A model generated the notes under the pieces. The model made no database searches. It was given only the letters and a program-made list of their open reading frames with translations, and had not been told where the DNA came from. A DNA stretch of 63,850 nt, the filler included, from Welwitschia mirabilis (lineage: Eukaryota): assembly GCA_051453625.1 (NCBI GenBank). It is 6 parts of one record of this genome, joined end to end, with 100 filler letters (N's around TTAATTAATTAA, not from the genome) between each part and the next. Parts side by side here need not be neighbours in the genome. Positions count along the whole stretch, not along the records: positions 56,005 to 63,850 come from JBOZIK010000001.1; 5 more parts are not named here. The stretch is one strand, 5' to 3'. This document shows, piece by piece, positions 61,859 to 63,850 of the stretch (within the stretch, counting starts at the first letter, position 1; each line of letters opens with the position of its first letter). Position numbers and translations under genes: made by a program.

Positions 61859-63850
61859 TGTTGTGCTACCAATTTGTGGTTATTTGGTGAAGTACTATGA
61901 GCTATTTTGTAAGATATTTGCATAGGTTTAGTGCATTTCTAAGGGTTTTAGAGAATTAATAGAAGATCACAAAAATGTGCAATTCTTAGTAATATTTAAG
62001 GCATTTAAGTAACATTCTGATACACAAAGCTTTAGAGGAAGGTTTTTGATAAAAAGGCCAACTTATCCTCAATAAGATGATTAAAAGAAGATCATTGTCC
62101 CCTTTGTTGTCTGCACATTAGGCAGGACGATGATACCATTAAATGCTGATGTGGACTGCTAAAATTCTATTGAGTTATTATGTTGAGTCACCTTTTATAA
62201 TAAGCTATTATGATATTCAAAATAACACTAATAATGTAACCGACTCTAATAGCTAACCCTTGACTAGTTCATCCATTTCTTATTTGTAAAAAAAGCATGT
62301 TTTCAAGTATCTTTAGGTTGTCATTTTTTGCTATGTTTTTTAATAAATAAGTACCTCTTTGACTCTTTTCTCTACATTCATTACATTGGAAATTTTCATG
62401 ATAGGAGATTAAATAGCAGGATATCCATCTCAAATATTACAAAAAGATATTTCCTTGGTGGAGGATTGTGCATCCTCCATTGAGGCCTAGTTATTTTATA
62501 ACCCACATGTTGTTGCTTCTTAATATAAACTCTATGTTTTTCATTGCATATTAGTTTGTTAGATGATCCTTATGTTTATGTTGCCCTTAATCTGATGAAA
62601 ATTTCATTGGTGATATAGATCATTAAGGATAGCCTTCGTTAAGTCTAAAAGAAAGTAGTTTAGTTTTATTTTGCATTGTATTTAGTTAGCTACAATTTGC
62701 ATTTTCATTACATCTTTTATTTTCTACATTGGTCTTAAATTTTGGTTGCTTTAGTTTGTGAAAATCAGTCCTTATTATCCTATCATAAGTCTTCAATAAT
62801 ATACAACATTCATGTTTACTTCCAACTATACTAGTGTGTTGTATTATATAAATATTTGTTTTTGATTGTAAATGACATGATCTTCTTAAGTGTAAAATTT
62901 ACATAAATACACATCACAACATATTGGCACTACTACTAAGGAAGGCTACTAAGAAGTATAAGGATTGTAATCATTAAATGAGTGGTTCATATTTTTATTT
63001 AGTTATTTATCCATAGCAATATTTATCCATAGTAACATTGTATTTTTATTATGAACTACATGTTTTATTTGCAATTTTTCAATTTCATTTTCAGTTTTAT
63101 TATGAAATAATCATCATTTCCTCTATCATTCTCATGATAGATAAGACAATAGTTTTTAATTTTAGTTTTTGTTTTTAGTTTTTATGTTTAGATTTTAGTT
63201 AATAAAATCAGTCTTTATTATCTCATTTATCATTTGGACAACTAACAGAATGGCAAATAATGTTTCTTTTAGCTTTAGGCTTTCTACTCTATTTCTGTTT
63301 ACTGTTAGTTGTTTCTTCTATTATCCCCAAGACAGATAAGATAATAGTTATTTTTTTAGTTGTTTTATGTCATTTTCTATTTACAAAATGTTGTAACATG
63401 GTTAATCTAAAGAATAAGTATCAAAGAGAAAGGCTGTTAATAGAGAAAAACATTATAGAAGAACTAGTAAACTTAGAAATAGAATTGAAAAAGCAATTTA
63501 TAGGTGCATGTAATCCTTGTTTTGAGTTTATTTTTAGGGAATTACATCCCATTAAAGAAGATCTTAAGAAGGGATAAAATTAGTTTAAAATGTTGAATGC
63601 TTTCCATAAACAAATGCAAGTTGTAGGGTTTTTTATTTCTAATCCTAATGCAAATCTTATCCTAAAGGAATTACTAGTCAATAAGAAATAAAATATTTAA
63701 ACCACTTTTGATCTACCCTAGGAGATAATGTTGAGCTTAAAAATTTAAATTCCTATCCAAATTTTAGTAAATAAGATGATGAGGACCTCCTTCAATGTAT
63801 TTTAGATATTGAATAGTTAATTCTTACTTATGCACTGGAAAGTGAAAAAA
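61859..63850 (+). mobile_element. Athila-like element (subtype A-related) inserted into RT: 5' LTR 61859-62921, PBS 62925-62942, gag from 63398 running off the window
   Basis: The LTR runs TGTTGTGCTACCAATTT...CATCACAACA and is colinear with 15227-16286. The PBS is TGGCACTACTACTAAGGA and the gag includes DNVELKNLNSYPNFS..DDEDLLQCI. Confidence 0.9.

Overview
This is an AT-rich, gappy window from a draft plant genome assembly, and it is almost entirely a nest of decayed LTR retrotransposons. No intact host gene, rRNA, tRNA or CRISPR array is visible, and I cannot name the organism. Most of the sequence belongs to an Athila-like Ty3/Gypsy group. Its LTRs are about 1.06-1.3 kb with TGTTGC...GCAACA termini, a decayed tRNA-Asp PBS and a GCTAAGTGGGGGGCTA-type PPT, and they fall into at least four subtypes (A-D here) nested into one another on both strands. 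Two SIRE-like Ty1/Copia elements, both internally deleted, lie at 5405-7942 and ~35150-42855. A TVP38/TMEM64-family gene fragment with a premature stop (1-438, minus strand) sits beside an LTR end with an intact tRNA-Asn PBS. The most notable observations are four. (i) A non-autonomous Athila-like element type carries an unrecognised acidic ORF in place of gag-pol, conserved at protein level between two LTR subtypes. (ii) A ~200-nt conserved non-coding 3' module closed by a CATGATG/CATCATG stem occurs in three diverged elements. (iii) A nested-hairpin motif recurs dozens of times in the LTRs and UTRs. (iv) An LTR plus an 18-nt PBS abuts an unrelated, older integrase. All alignments were made by eye and boundaries are approximate unless a terminus is quoted.
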